64,000 nt of DNA from NCBI GenBank assembly GCA_021740245.1, contig JAIPAE010000001.1, positions 279-64,278 on the forward strand, read 5' to 3'. The notes beneath the pieces were generated by a model. The model did not search any database. It was not told where the DNA came from and was given only the letters and a program-made list of their open reading frames with translations. Positions within the stretch are counted from its first letter, which is position 1. Each line of letters starts with the position of its first letter. Source of the stretch: Bacteroidales bacterium. Lineage in GTDB: Bacteria; Bacteroidota; Bacteroidia; Bacteroidales; PWNQ01. Positions 27,455 to 37,414 of the stretch are shown here, one piece after another. The translations under genes were made by a program, and so were the position numbers.

Positions 27455-29119
27455 ATGAAATCAGACATCGAAATTGCAAGAGAAGCCAAAATAAGCCATA
27501 TCAGCGAGATAGGTGAAAAACTCGGCTTAAAAGAAGACGACCTTGAATTATATGGTAAATACAAGGCCAAATTACCGTTACGTCTTATTGATGAAAGTCA
27601 AATCAGTAAGAAAAAGCTGATTCTTGTAACAGCAATGACACCAACGCCGGCGGGAGAAGGTAAGACAACAACTTCCATTGGCCTGACTATGGGCTTGAAC
27701 CGTATCGGGACCAAGACCACGGTTGTTTTGCGCGAACCCTCTTTGGGGCCGGTATTTGGGATCAAAGGAGGAGCAGCCGGTGGTGGCTACTCCCAGGTTA
27801 TTCCCATGGAAGATATAAACCTGCATTTCACCGGAGATATTGCAGCAATTGAAAAAGCGCATAATCTGCTTTCTGCATTAATTGACAACAGTTTACAACA
27901 TCGAAACAAAGACTTTAACCTGGACCCGCGCCAGATCAAATGGAAGCGTGTCATGGACATGAATGAGCGGGCGCTGCGTCATATTACAATTGGCCAGGGA
28001 GGTCGAACTCAAGGCGTCCCAAGAGAAACTGGCTTTGATATTACTGCTGCATCGGAAGTCATGGCTACTCTAACACTGGCCAAAGACCTTAATGACCTGA
28101 AAGAACGCTTAGCCAATATTTTTATCGGCTATACATGGGATAAAGAACCAGTATATGCCCGTGATTTGAATGCGCAAGGTGCTATGGCAGCTCTTCTGAA
28201 GGATGCTATAAAACCAAATCTGGTACAGACACTGGAAGGGAATCCGGCAATTATACACGGAGGGCCATTTGCGAATATTGCAACAGGAACAAACTCCCTG
28301 ATTGCAACAAAAATGGGACTATCGCTCAGTGATTATGTAGTAACCGAGGCCGGTTTTGCCTCTGATCTTGGTGCTGAAAAATTCCTGAATATAAAATCGC
28401 AATACGGTGGTCTTTCGCCTAATACTGCAGTGGTTGTAGCTACTGTAAGGGCTTTAAAGCATCATGGCGGCGCAAAAGATTTCAATAAAACTGATCCGGA
28501 AGCAGTTAAAAAAGGACTGGCTAATCTTGATAAGCACATGGAAAACATGAAGCTTTATAATCTCTCACCGGTAGTTGCGATCAACAGGTTCCCTACCGAT
28601 ACCGAAGAAGAGCTTCAGATCGTGAAAGACTATTGCGATAAGCAAGGGGTGGAATCATCAGTTGTTGAAGGATTTGCCAGAGGTGGCGAAGGCGCTGTTG
28701 ATCTGGCAGAGAAAGTAATCAAAACAGCAGAAGCATGTACAACCTGTTTCGAGCCATTATATGATTTCGACTGGAGTATTGAGAAAAAAGTGGATACGAT
28801 CGCACAAAAAGTTTATGGTGCCGATCATGTGGAGTACTCATTAAAGGCCAAAAAAGATATACAGTCCATTACAGAACTTGGTTTCGTCAAACTGCCTGTT
28901 TGTATTGCCAAGACTCAGAATTCTTTGTCGGATGACAAGAAACTCTTAGGCCGGCCGGAAGGCTTCACAGTGAAAATCCGGGAAGTAGAACTGAATGCCG
29001 GTGCAGGATTTGTCGTTCCTATTGCCGGAAATATTATGAGAATGCCCGGATTGCCAAAACAACCCTCTTCGGAGAAAATCGATGTGGATGAGGATGGAAA
29101 CATAACCGGTCTGTTCTGA
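27455..29119 (+). CDS. fhs: Formate--tetrahydrofolate ligase
   Basis: About 554 aa with the MKSDIEIA N-terminus, PTPAGEGKTTTSIGL and GGPFANIA motifs. Confidence 0.95.
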   Translation: MKSDIEIAREAKISHISEIGEKLGLKEDDLELYGKYKAKLPLRLIDESQISKKKLILVTAMTPTPAGEGKTTTSIGLTMGLNRIGTKTTVVLREPSLGPVFGIKGGAAGGGYSQVIPMEDINLHFTGDIAAIEKAHNLLSALIDNSLQHRNKDFNLDPRQIKWKRVMDMNERALRHITIGQGGRTQGVPRETGFDITAASEVMATLTLAKDLNDLKERLANIFIGYTWDKEPVYARDLNAQGAMAALLKDAIKPNLVQTLEGNPAIIHGGPFANIATGTNSLIATKMGLSLSDYVVTEAGFASDLGAEKFLNIKSQYGGLSPNTAVVVATVRALKHHGGAKDFNKTDPEAVKKGLANLDKHMENMKLYNLSPVVAINRFPTDTEEELQIVKDYCDKQGVESSVVEGFARGGEGAVDLAEKVIKTAEACTTCFEPLYDFDWSIEKKVDTIAQKVYGADHVEYSLKAKKDIQSITELGFVKLPVCIAKTQNSLSDDKKLLGRPEGFTVKIREVELNAGAGFVVPIAGNIMRMPGLPKQPSSEKIDVDEDGNITGLF

Positions 29120-29145
29120 TATTAGAATTGAGCACTATATTTTAC

Positions 29146-29174
29146 AAAAGGCTGCTTATAAGGCAGCCTTTTTA
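29146..29174. terminator. Bidirectional intrinsic terminator between the convergent fhs and histidine kinase genes
   Basis: AAAAGGCTGC ... GCAGCCTTTTT forms a hairpin flanked by an A-run and a T-run. It overlaps the kinase stop codon. Confidence 0.7.
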
Positions 29175-30248
29175 TTTTTTATATGCCTTTGCCTTTTTCA
29201 GGGTAAAAGCAAATGTAGTGCCATAGCCAAGCTTACTTCGCACATTGATGGTTTCACCATGTGCCTCAATGATGTGTTTAACAATAGAAAGGCCGAGTCC
29301 TGAACCGCTTTTCCCCATTTCGCGGGCCAATTTTGTTCTGTAGAACCGTTCAAACAATCGTGAAATATCTTCTTCAGCAATCCCTGAGCCATTATCTGTC
29401 ACTTCGATCAGTATGTGTTTGTCCATATCAAAAAAGCTGATCTTAGTCTTTCGTCCCTCAGATTTTGGTTTGCTATTGTACTTCATGGAATTATCGATCA
29501 GGTTGGTCATTACCTGCCTCATGCGTTCCCGGTCAGCATTTACCATAATAGGAACTTCATAGGTTTCCGCATAAAAAATATTGGTTTCTTTCTTAGCAAT
29601 TTTATCCTCCAGCATCTCGAGTACCTCATCTGTAAGTTCTTTAAGATCAAAACTATCTTTCTCCATTTTCAACTCTCCAGCTTCCAAATTAGCAATCGCT
29701 TCCAAGTCTTCCACAATAGTTATCATCCGGTTGATGCTTTTTTCCGTACGGAGCAGGTATTTTTTATTGATGTTCGCGTCTTCCAGTCCACCATCGAGCA
29801 AGGTTAATACATATCCCTGAATATTAAAAATGGGTGTTTTTAATTCGTGAGAAACATTTCCCACATATTCCCTACGGTAATCAGCCAGCTCTTTCAGGCG
29901 TTCAATCTCTTTCCTTCGGTCTGAAGCCCAATTCAAAACCTGTTGATTTACTTCTTCAATGACATCGGAGTTACCTCCGTATTGCATTTTTTCTTTTTTC
30001 TCTGCAGCAGTGGCTTTCTGGCTTAATATTGTTTTGTAGATCAGCTTTATTTTCTCATAGATAAAACGCTCCAGAATATAATGGAAGATCAAATAGCCAC
30101 CTAAAAACAAGATAAGAAGTGTCATCAACAACTCAATCCAGCTAAAAGAATCCTGAATACTGGAAATCAATACATATACAACAGCAACAACTGTACTAAG
30201 TATCACGCTGGATAGCAAGGCAAGATTTTTCGGATTATTATATTTCAT
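29172..30248 (-). CDS. Sensor histidine kinase (HisKA + HATPase_c) with minimal extracytoplasmic loop
   Basis: 358 aa. Two N-terminal TM helices are separated by about 8 residues. The H-box is SHELKTPI and the G-boxes are DNGSGI / GSGLGLSIV. Confidence 0.85.
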   Translation of the reverse strand: MKYNNPKNLALLSSVILSTVVAVVYVLISSIQDSFSWIELLMTLLILFLGGYLIFHYILERFIYEKIKLIYKTILSQKATAAEKKEKMQYGGNSDVIEEVNQQVLNWASDRRKEIERLKELADYRREYVGNVSHELKTPIFNIQGYVLTLLDGGLEDANINKKYLLRTEKSINRMITIVEDLEAIANLEAGELKMEKDSFDLKELTDEVLEMLEDKIAKKETNIFYAETYEVPIMVNADRERMRQVMTNLIDNSMKYNSKPKSEGRKTKISFFDMDKHILIEVTDNGSGIAEEDISRLFERFYRTKLAREMGKSGSGLGLSIVKHIIEAHGETINVRSKLGYGTTFAFTLKKAKAYKK

Positions 30249-30940
30249 TCAGTAACTTCAAACTTATAGCCAACGCCTTTAACGGTTTTTATACAATCAC
30301 TGCCGACTTTCTCTCTGAGTTTCCTCACATGGACATCTATCGTTCGGTCTCCAACAATCACATTTTCGTCCCAGACTTTAGCAAAGATTTCATCACGCGA
30401 AAATACTTTATTTGGTTTTGATGTCAATACCTGAAGTAATTCAAATTCCTTTTTTGGTAATATAATCTCTTCATTGTCTTTTTTTATAAGGTAGCGTTCT
30501 TTATCGATTATCAAACTTCCAATCTCATATTTATCGGGGTATTCTTCTTCTATTTTCACATTACTTCTTCTGAGAAGAGCTTTCACCCGGCTAATTAGCA
30601 CCCGTGGTTTGACAGGCTTCGTGATATAATCATCAGCACCTGCCTCAAAACCTGCTATTTGGGAATAGTCTTCCCCGCGGGCAGTGAGAAAGAGAATAAT
30701 CGCATTTTTCATATTAGACAATGTCCGCAATTCTCTACAGGTTTCAATGCCATCAAACTCAGGCATCATAACATCCAGAATAACCAGATGTGGTGACCAT
30801 CTGTCCGCTATTTCTATTGCTATCAACCCATTGTTTGCTGTTTTAACCTCATATCCTTCTTTTCTTATGTTGTAAGACAGAAACTCAAGTATGTCTTTCT
30901 CATCATCAACAAGCAATATGCGGTAATCTTTTTTTTCCAT
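30245..30940 (-). CDS. OmpR/PhoB-family response regulator transcription factor
   Basis: 231 aa. A receiver domain (ILLVDDEKDI, ILDVMMPEFDG) is followed by a winged-helix trans_reg_C domain (VHVRKLREK, GVGYKF). It overlaps the kinase gene by 4 nt. Confidence 0.9.
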   Translation of the reverse strand: MEKKDYRILLVDDEKDILEFLSYNIRKEGYEVKTANNGLIAIEIADRWSPHLVILDVMMPEFDGIETCRELRTLSNMKNAIILFLTARGEDYSQIAGFEAGADDYITKPVKPRVLISRVKALLRRSNVKIEEEYPDKYEIGSLIIDKERYLIKKDNEEIILPKKEFELLQVLTSKPNKVFSRDEIFAKVWDENVIVGDRTIDVHVRKLREKVGSDCIKTVKGVGYKFEVTE

Positions 30941-30972
30941 GATAATGAAGGATTATTTACATAAAGTTTCGT

Positions 30973-30980
30973 CAAAGTTA
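30973..30980 (-). promoter_or_regulatory. Bacteroidota -7 promoter box upstream of the two-component operon
   Basis: CAAAGTTA on the + strand is TAACTTTG on the - strand, 33 nt upstream of the response regulator ATG. Confidence 0.45.
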
Positions 30981-31147
30981 TGAAAATATTTAATGATCAG
31001 TAGGATGTAGTTATTTTTTAGTATTGTGCTTTTTTTATAATTTTCTGATATTGTTTGGATTTAATATTTGCTTAATATGTATTTTGCAAAAAAATAATAT
31101 TGAGGTTAATGAATAATCAGGATGACCAGAATCTTAAAAAGTTTCAC

Positions 31148-32962
31148 TTAATGAAAGTAGCGATAAATAATAGATGCTTTATTGTGACCAATAACCTTGT
31201 CCAGTTCTTCTTTTGAAGCGTTTTTAATTTGTTTTACAGATTTGAAGTGGCCTAAAAGCTTATCTGTTGTTTTTTTTCCTATACCCTTAATATCGGATAG
31301 CTGGGTTCTGGATACGGATTTTTTGTGCCGGTTTCGATAATGGGTAATTCCAAACCGGTGAGCTTCATCACGTGCCCGTTGAATAATCTTTAAAGATTCT
31401 GATTTTTTATCAATATAAACAGGGATACTATCACCGGGAAAATATATCTCTTCAAGTCTCTTAGCAATGCCAATAACCGTTATTTTACCTCTTAAATTTA
31501 TCTTTTCCAGGCTTTTAACAGCAGCATTCAGTTGACCTTTTCCCCCGTCAATTATAATGAGTTTCGGCAAGGGTGCAGATTCATCTTTTAACCTTTTATA
31601 CCTGCGATAGATTACTTCCCCCATGCTCGCATAATCATCAGGGCCAGTCACTGTTTTGATATTAAAATGACGATAGGATTTCTTTTCAGGTTTACCGTCT
31701 TTGAATACAGCCATAGCAGCCACGGGATAATTGCCCTGCATATTGGAATTATCAAAGCATTCAATATGTCTGGGTTGCTCTTTCATTCTCAAATCCCTGC
31801 GCATAGTCTCCATGATCCGATCCGTATGTCTTTGCGGATCGACAAGTTGCCGTTGTTTGTCTTTATTTTTGCGATAGTATTTCACATTACGCCATGACAA
31901 ATCCAGCAGGCTTTTCTTATCGCCACGTTTTGGAATAATGATTTTAGCATCACGGAAATTTACATCAATTTTGGTGGGTAAAATGATCTCCTTTGCATAA
32001 CTATTGAATCTTTGTCTGAAATCGGTAACGGCCATCGCAAGCAACTCTTCGGTCTTTTCATCCAGCTTTTTTTTTAATTCCATGGTATGGGATTGCACGA
32101 TTGCTCCGTTGATCACCCTTAAATAGTTTGCACAAAATGTTTTTTCATCTTCTTCAAAGCTGACAACATCAGCATTTTTTATGGAGGGATTAACTACTGT
32201 TGAACGGCTTTGATACTTTTCAAGTGTTTCAATTTTTTCTTTATAAACCTGTGCCTGTTCAAATTCCAGGTTTTCGGCATGGACATTCATTTGTTTTTTT
32301 AATCGCCTTAAAACGCCATTTATATCTCCTTTCAATATTTTTTTTATTTGACGTATGGATTCATTGTAATCTTGTTCGCTTTGTAAACCCTCGCATGCTC
32401 CTTTACAATTTCCAATATGGTATTCCAGGCATACCCTGAATTTACTCTGTTCGATGTTTTCCCGTGTAAGGTTGTATTTGCAGGTTCTTAATTTGAATAT
32501 TTTACGCACCAGGTCAAGCAAAGTATTCATCATTTTGACATTGGCATAAGGGCCAAAATATACCGAACCGTCTTTAACGGGATTACGCGTGGAAAATACT
32601 CGTGGAAATCGTTCATTTTTAATGCATATCCAGGGAAATGTTTTATCATCTTTAAGCATCACATTATAACGGGGCTGATGTTTCTTGATAAGATTGTTTT
32701 CCAACAACAAGGCATCCAGTTCGGTATCAACGACAATGTAATTTATATCATAGATTTTTTTTACCAGCACTCTGGTTTTTCCAGTATTCTCCTGGTCTTT
32801 TGTAAAGTAAGATGCAACACGCTTCCGGAGGTTTTTAGCTTTGCCTACATAAATAATTTTCCCTTCGGTACCGATATATTGATAAACGCCTGGTTTATCA
32901 GGTAAGGCAGCTATCAAAGGCTTTAATTTCTGATCATAATATGGATTTAAATGACCTGCCAT
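31148..32962 (-). CDS. uvrC: Excinuclease ABC subunit C
   Basis: It has a GIY-YIG N-terminus (PGVYQYIGTEGKIIYVGKAKNLRKR), a UVR domain and a C-terminal HhH. Using ATG 32962 removes the overlap with the upstream lipoprotein gene. Confidence 0.95.
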   Translation of the reverse strand: MAGHLNPYYDQKLKPLIAALPDKPGVYQYIGTEGKIIYVGKAKNLRKRVASYFTKDQENTGKTRVLVKKIYDINYIVVDTELDALLLENNLIKKHQPRYNVMLKDDKTFPWICIKNERFPRVFSTRNPVKDGSVYFGPYANVKMMNTLLDLVRKIFKLRTCKYNLTRENIEQSKFRVCLEYHIGNCKGACEGLQSEQDYNESIRQIKKILKGDINGVLRRLKKQMNVHAENLEFEQAQVYKEKIETLEKYQSRSTVVNPSIKNADVVSFEEDEKTFCANYLRVINGAIVQSHTMELKKKLDEKTEELLAMAVTDFRQRFNSYAKEIILPTKIDVNFRDAKIIIPKRGDKKSLLDLSWRNVKYYRKNKDKQRQLVDPQRHTDRIMETMRRDLRMKEQPRHIECFDNSNMQGNYPVAAMAVFKDGKPEKKSYRHFNIKTVTGPDDYASMGEVIYRRYKRLKDESAPLPKLIIIDGGKGQLNAAVKSLEKINLRGKITVIGIAKRLEEIYFPGDSIPVYIDKKSESLKIIQRARDEAHRFGITHYRNRHKKSVSRTQLSDIKGIGKKTTDKLLGHFKSVKQIKNASKEELDKVIGHNKASIIYRYFH

Positions 32963-32966
32963 AATC

Positions 32967-33416
32967 TTACACAGGCTTAAGCACCAATTCAATACGTTGT
33001 ATTCCTTTCACTTTATAAGCAGGCATCCGGTTGCGGGCTACAAATTCATAAAACCCTTCCCGGGATAAGTCTAATTCCTTAAAAAACTCCATCGTAAACT
33101 CATAGTATCCCTCTTCATTTTGTTCACCTGTAGCCTGCCCTTCCACAAACAATTTTTCGTTTTGCTCCAGGTAGCGCTCTTCCCCTGTCGGAGCATACAT
33201 CATCAAACTCATAGCAAAATAATTGCCCTGCATTTCATCATTATAATAAATACGCACAAAAACATCATACTTTCCCGGATTTTCCATGACAACCTGAAAC
33301 TTTACCGTTTCCATACGTTTCCATTCATTTGATGTAAAGTTTATTTTTTTGTTATAAGTAGGCCGGCAACCCATTAATGTATAAAGCATTACAATCAGGA
33401 ATACAAGTTTTTTCAT
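32967..33416 (-). CDS. Small lipoprotein, possibly the gliding-motility / T9SS lipoprotein GldH
   Basis: 149 aa with lipobox LMGC. Size and general pattern resemble GldH. This is recalled similarity only. Confidence 0.5.
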   Translation of the reverse strand: MKKLVFLIVMLYTLMGCRPTYNKKINFTSNEWKRMETVKFQVVMENPGKYDVFVRIYYNDEMQGNYFAMSLMMYAPTGEERYLEQNEKLFVEGQATGEQNEEGYYEFTMEFFKELDLSREGFYEFVARNRMPAYKVKGIQRIELVLKPV

Positions 33417-33489
33417 GATGCTTTTTTTTCAAAGGTACAACAACAAAGTTATATTATTATTTAAAGAAAAAACGATTTATAAATTCTGC

Positions 33490-33497
33490 TATTTTTG
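33490..33497 (+). promoter_or_regulatory. Bacteroidota -7 promoter box immediately upstream of rnhA
   Basis: TATTTTTG ends 5 nt before the ATG at 33503, which implies a leaderless or near-leaderless mRNA. Confidence 0.45.
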
Positions 33498-33502
33498 CAA
33501 AT

Positions 33503-34138
33503 ATGGCAAAAAAGAAAAAATATTACGTGGTATGGAGGGGACATGAGACCGGAATTTATGAGAGTTGGGAGGCATGCCGTAACTTAATACAAGGTTATCC
33601 TAATGCTTTGTACAAATCTTTTTCTGATTTGGAGTCAGCGAGAGAAGCTTTTTATGGTAATCCGCATGAATATTTGGGTAAATCCAAGCCATCCACAAGT
33701 TTAAGTAAAGCAGATAAGGAACGAATAGGTGAGCCTGTTGAGGAAAGTTTGGCAGTAGATGCTGCATGTAGCGGAAATCCGGGAGTTCTGGAATACCGGG
33801 GTGTAATTGTTGCCAACCATAAAGAAATATTTCATAAAGGCCCCTTCCCGCAGGGAACTGTGAATATCGGAGAGTTTCTGGCTCTGGTACACGGTCTGGC
33901 ATGGCTTAAACAAAACAATTACAGAATACCTGTATATTCCGATTCAAAAACAGCTATAAAATGGGTTTCCCAGAAAAAGGCCAACACAAAACTGGAAATC
34001 AATGAGCTAAATCAGGAACTCTTCAAATTAATCAGGCGTGCTGAAAACTGGTTGAAGCAGAACAGTTGGGAAAATAATATTCTTAAATGGGAAACCGAAG
34101 CCTGGGGCGAGATACCTGCTGATTTTGGCCGGAAATAA
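33503..34138 (+). CDS. rnhA: Ribonuclease HI with N-terminal hybrid-binding (caulimovirus viroplasmin-like) domain
   Basis: 211 aa. The N-terminal YYVVWRGHETGIYESWEACRNLIQGYPNALYKSF motif is followed by an RNase H core (AVDAACSGNPG ... YSDS). Confidence 0.85.
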   Translation: MAKKKKYYVVWRGHETGIYESWEACRNLIQGYPNALYKSFSDLESAREAFYGNPHEYLGKSKPSTSLSKADKERIGEPVEESLAVDAACSGNPGVLEYRGVIVANHKEIFHKGPFPQGTVNIGEFLALVHGLAWLKQNNYRIPVYSDSKTAIKWVSQKKANTKLEINELNQELFKLIRRAENWLKQNSWENNILKWETEAWGEIPADFGRK

Positions 34139-34175
34139 AAAAGCCTCATTGTAAAAACAATAAGGCTTCTTTTTG
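34139..34175 (+). terminator. Intrinsic terminator after rnhA
   Basis: The stem is AAGCCTCATTG / CAATAAGGCTT with one mismatch, followed by CTTTTT. Confidence 0.6.
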
Positions 34176-34189
34176 CTGCGAACAAAAAA

Positions 34190-34498
34190 CTAACGAATCC
34201 CCTCACATTTTTCAACACACTCAATAACTTGAGCAATAGACTGTTGCTTAAGTGAGTAATACGTATTTTTACCATCTCTCCTGGATTGAAGAACACCTTT
34301 ATTCTTTAGAATATTCAGATGATGAGAGGCAGAGGCCTGCTCTATCTTCAGATGTTCATAAATCTCTGTTACATTCATCTTGGGGCGGTCCTCCAAAAGG
34401 CTGATAATGGCAATCCGCATTGGGTGAGCTATTGAACGCAATTTACTGGCTGCATCCTCCAGCTTAACAATGTCCAATCCGCTTTTTGTTGTTTCCAT
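34190..34498 (-). CDS. ArsR/SmtB-family transcriptional regulator
   Basis: 102 aa winged HTH (LRSIAHPMRIAIISLL ... VTEIYEHLKIEQASASHHLNILK). Confidence 0.85.
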   Translation of the reverse strand: METTKSGLDIVKLEDAASKLRSIAHPMRIAIISLLEDRPKMNVTEIYEHLKIEQASASHHLNILKNKGVLQSRRDGKNTYYSLKQQSIAQVIECVEKCEGIR

Positions 34499-34596
34499 AA
34501 GTTGTTGTTTTAAAGTGCTTATTCCTTATTATATTATCTTACTTGTACAAATATAGTATATATATACTTTTTAAACAAATATTTTAATGTTATTTT

Positions 34597-36237
34597 TTAA
34601 TCCGGAATAAGTGGTGTAAAACTGAAGGTATCGCCGTCAAAAAGCCCTAAATCACTTATTTTTAGCGAAGGTATTACCAATAACGCCATGAAAGATAATG
34701 ACATAAAAGGAGCCGAAAGCTTTGATCCACTGTTTTTAACCATTGCATCAATGCGCTTGTATTCCCGGGAAACAGCAGCAGCATCCTGATTTGTCATTAT
34801 TCCAGCAACCGGCAGAGCCAGAAATGCTGATTCATCTTCACTTATGAATCCTATTCCTCCTTTTCTTTCAGATATCCCTTCTATTGCTTTAATGATCATT
34901 TGATCTTCTACACCAACAGCTATAATATTATGACTGTCGTGAGCCACGGTAGATACTATTGCCCCTTTTTTCAAACCTATATTATGGATAAATCCTACAG
35001 ATGGTTTAGATTTATTATACCGGTTTACAACCACTATTTTAAGAATATCATTCTCCGTATCACTTATTATCTTTCTATCTTTCACAAGTGGATCAACCAG
35101 TAATTTATGAGTCACTAACTGCCCGTCTTTCACATCAATAACCTGAAGTTTCCCACCAGAAGCCTCAACCTGAATATCCTCCACCATGATATCCGAAGCC
35201 ACGAATTTGTTAGGTATTTCGGAATCTACTTTTGAGATACAGGATTCACCATTTTCAGCCACTTTTTGACCATCAATAAATGTTTTGAGGATATTAAAAT
35301 TTTCAGGATCATCAATGATAATAAAATCTGCAGGATCATCTTTCTGCAGTAAGCCATTATGCAATTTATAATGTTTCCCGGGATTTACAGTACAAGGTAA
35401 TAGAGCTGTAATTAGATCATACCCATAATCCAAAGCCCGCTTAACAAGTTGATTTATATGTCCTGTAAGTAATTCATCCGGATGTTTATCATCCGAACAG
35501 AACATGATCTTATCCGGATAATCTTTTAATAAAGGAATAAGAGCTTCAAAGTTTTTAGCGGCGCTACCTTCCCTTATTTGTATATACATGCCAGCATTCA
35601 GTTTATCCTGGGCTTCTTCCATTGTATAACATTCATGATCAGTAGAAATGCCTGCCTCAGCATATGCCCGGGCATCTTTCCCTCTTAGCCCTGGTGCATG
35701 ACCATCCACAGGTTTACCATATTTTTCTGCTGTTTGAATTTTGTCTCTTATCTGTGGATCATCATTTAATACTCCCGGATAGTTCATCATTTCAGCAAGG
35801 TATTTAACCTGGTCTTTTTTCAGCAGTTCATCTATATCGTTAACATTAATTTCTGCCCCGGATGTTTCGAAAGGTGTAGCCGGCACACATGATGGTGCAC
35901 CGAAATAAAACTTAAAGGGGACCTGTTCTCCGTTTCTGATCATAAAGTTCACACCTTTTCTGCCAAGAACATTACCAATCTCATGGGGATCGGAAACCGT
36001 AGACACAGTTCCGTGCGTCACAGCTAACCTTGCAAATTCAGAAGGGATCAACATAGAGCTCTCAATATGCACATGCGCATCAACAAGTCCGGGTAAAATA
36101 TATTGCGCCGGAACATTATCTTCATGGATTTCTTTTATGGATTTTATCTTCCCCGAAGAGACAGTTATCTCCCCCGGAAAAATACGTTTTCCTATAACAT
36201 CAACAATCTTTCCACTGTATGTAAATTCGTTACTCAT
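34597..36237 (-). CDS. ade: Adenine deaminase
   Basis: 546 aa amidohydrolase with LPGLVDAHVHIESS metal-binding motif and length typical of Ade. Confidence 0.9.
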   Translation of the reverse strand: MSNEFTYSGKIVDVIGKRIFPGEITVSSGKIKSIKEIHEDNVPAQYILPGLVDAHVHIESSMLIPSEFARLAVTHGTVSTVSDPHEIGNVLGRKGVNFMIRNGEQVPFKFYFGAPSCVPATPFETSGAEINVNDIDELLKKDQVKYLAEMMNYPGVLNDDPQIRDKIQTAEKYGKPVDGHAPGLRGKDARAYAEAGISTDHECYTMEEAQDKLNAGMYIQIREGSAAKNFEALIPLLKDYPDKIMFCSDDKHPDELLTGHINQLVKRALDYGYDLITALLPCTVNPGKHYKLHNGLLQKDDPADFIIIDDPENFNILKTFIDGQKVAENGESCISKVDSEIPNKFVASDIMVEDIQVEASGGKLQVIDVKDGQLVTHKLLVDPLVKDRKIISDTENDILKIVVVNRYNKSKPSVGFIHNIGLKKGAIVSTVAHDSHNIIAVGVEDQMIIKAIEGISERKGGIGFISEDESAFLALPVAGIMTNQDAAAVSREYKRIDAMVKNSGSKLSAPFMSLSFMALLVIPSLKISDLGLFDGDTFSFTPLIPD

Positions 36238-37286
36238 TTTTTATCGGCCAGTTTGTTTGCCAGTTGCCCACATGCGGCATCAATATCTTTACCGCGGCTG
36301 CGCCTTACATTGACTATAATATTGATCTTATCTCGTAAAAAAGTCACAAATCGCTCCATGTCTTCATCATCAGCCCTTTCTAAAAATGACCGTTCCACAG
36401 GATTATATTCAATAATATTGACCTTTACGGGAAAATGCTTGCAAAAAGCAGCCAGTTCACTGGCATCCTCCAATGAATCATTAAATCCTTTAAATAAAAT
36501 ATATTCGATTGTAATTCTTATTCCTGTTTTTTCATAAAAATATTTAACCGACTCAATCAAATCTTGAATAGGATTACTACGGTTTATGGGGGCAATCTTG
36601 TTTCGCTTTTCATTATTAGCTATATGAAGCGATAATGCCAGGTTGATCTTCAAATCCTCATCAGCCAGTTTTTTTATCTGACCTGCCAGCCCAACTGTTG
36701 ACAATGTTATGCGTTTATGAGATATCCCCAGGCCCTGCTCCGACGTAAGCCATCGCACTGAATCTGCGACATTAGAGAGATTCATCAATGGTTCTCCCAT
36801 ACCCATATATACAATATTGGAAAGTGACTCCTGATAATTCTCCTTTGCAATACGATCGAGCTCCACTACCTGATCTACAATTTCATCCGGAAACAAATTC
36901 CTCCTGAATCCAAGGCCTGCTGTAGCACAAAATTTACATCCCAGGTGACATCCAACCTGAGATGAGATGCAAGCCGTCATGCGATCCCCCGATGGAATCA
37001 ACACACCTTCAACAATACTATTTTCTTCGAGCTTAAAAGCGACTTTAATGGTTTTATCTTTACTTACCTGTGTGTTGCTCACTTTAGCACGGCTGATATA
37101 AAATTCTTCACTTAAGATTGTCCGCAATTGAAGCGATAAACTGGTCATCTCATCAAAATCTGAAACATGCTTTTGCCATAACCATTCGATGATCTGCTTT
37201 CTCCTGAACTTCTTTTCTCCCTTTTCTGACAAAAATTGATCCAGCTCTTCATTAGTAATCCGGCGTATATTTTTCTTTTCGCTCAT
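36234..37286 (-). CDS. rlmN: 23S rRNA (adenine2503-C2)-methyltransferase, radical SAM
   Basis: 350 aa with CxxxCxxC cluster motif (GCHLGCKFCATA) and the C-terminal catalytic Cys context (DIDAACGQL). Confidence 0.95.
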   Translation of the reverse strand: MSEKKNIRRITNEELDQFLSEKGEKKFRRKQIIEWLWQKHVSDFDEMTSLSLQLRTILSEEFYISRAKVSNTQVSKDKTIKVAFKLEENSIVEGVLIPSGDRMTACISSQVGCHLGCKFCATAGLGFRRNLFPDEIVDQVVELDRIAKENYQESLSNIVYMGMGEPLMNLSNVADSVRWLTSEQGLGISHKRITLSTVGLAGQIKKLADEDLKINLALSLHIANNEKRNKIAPINRSNPIQDLIESVKYFYEKTGIRITIEYILFKGFNDSLEDASELAAFCKHFPVKVNIIEYNPVERSFLERADDEDMERFVTFLRDKINIIVNVRRSRGKDIDAACGQLANKLADKK

Positions 37287-37414
37287 AATTACAAAAATAG
37301 TTATTTTAAACGATTTAGCCGCTTCTTACTTCCCCTTCTAATCTAAATAAAAAGTACCCGCAAAGGCTTTATAATGTATCCATTGTTCAGCATTTTGCGG
37401 GCAGAAGAATAATT

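Noticed and set aside
27291-27455. A ZTP (pfl) or THF riboswitch upstream of fhs, suggested by GCCTGGCA at about 27353-27360
   Set aside because: The conserved GC-rich pfl core and pseudoknot partner (the GGGTCGTGACTGGCG-type 5' domain and CCGCCTGGGC) are absent. Only a short chance match is present. An 8-bp inverted repeat GATTGTTA/TAACAATC at about 27388-27409 is noted but is not diagnostic.
31148-32992. An apparent 26-bp overlap between uvrC (listed start 32992) and the upstream lipoprotein gene
   Set aside because: The overlap is resolved by using the in-frame ATG at 32962 (MAGHLNPYYDQ...), which keeps the GIY-YIG domain intact. It is an ORF-extension artefact, not a real overlap.
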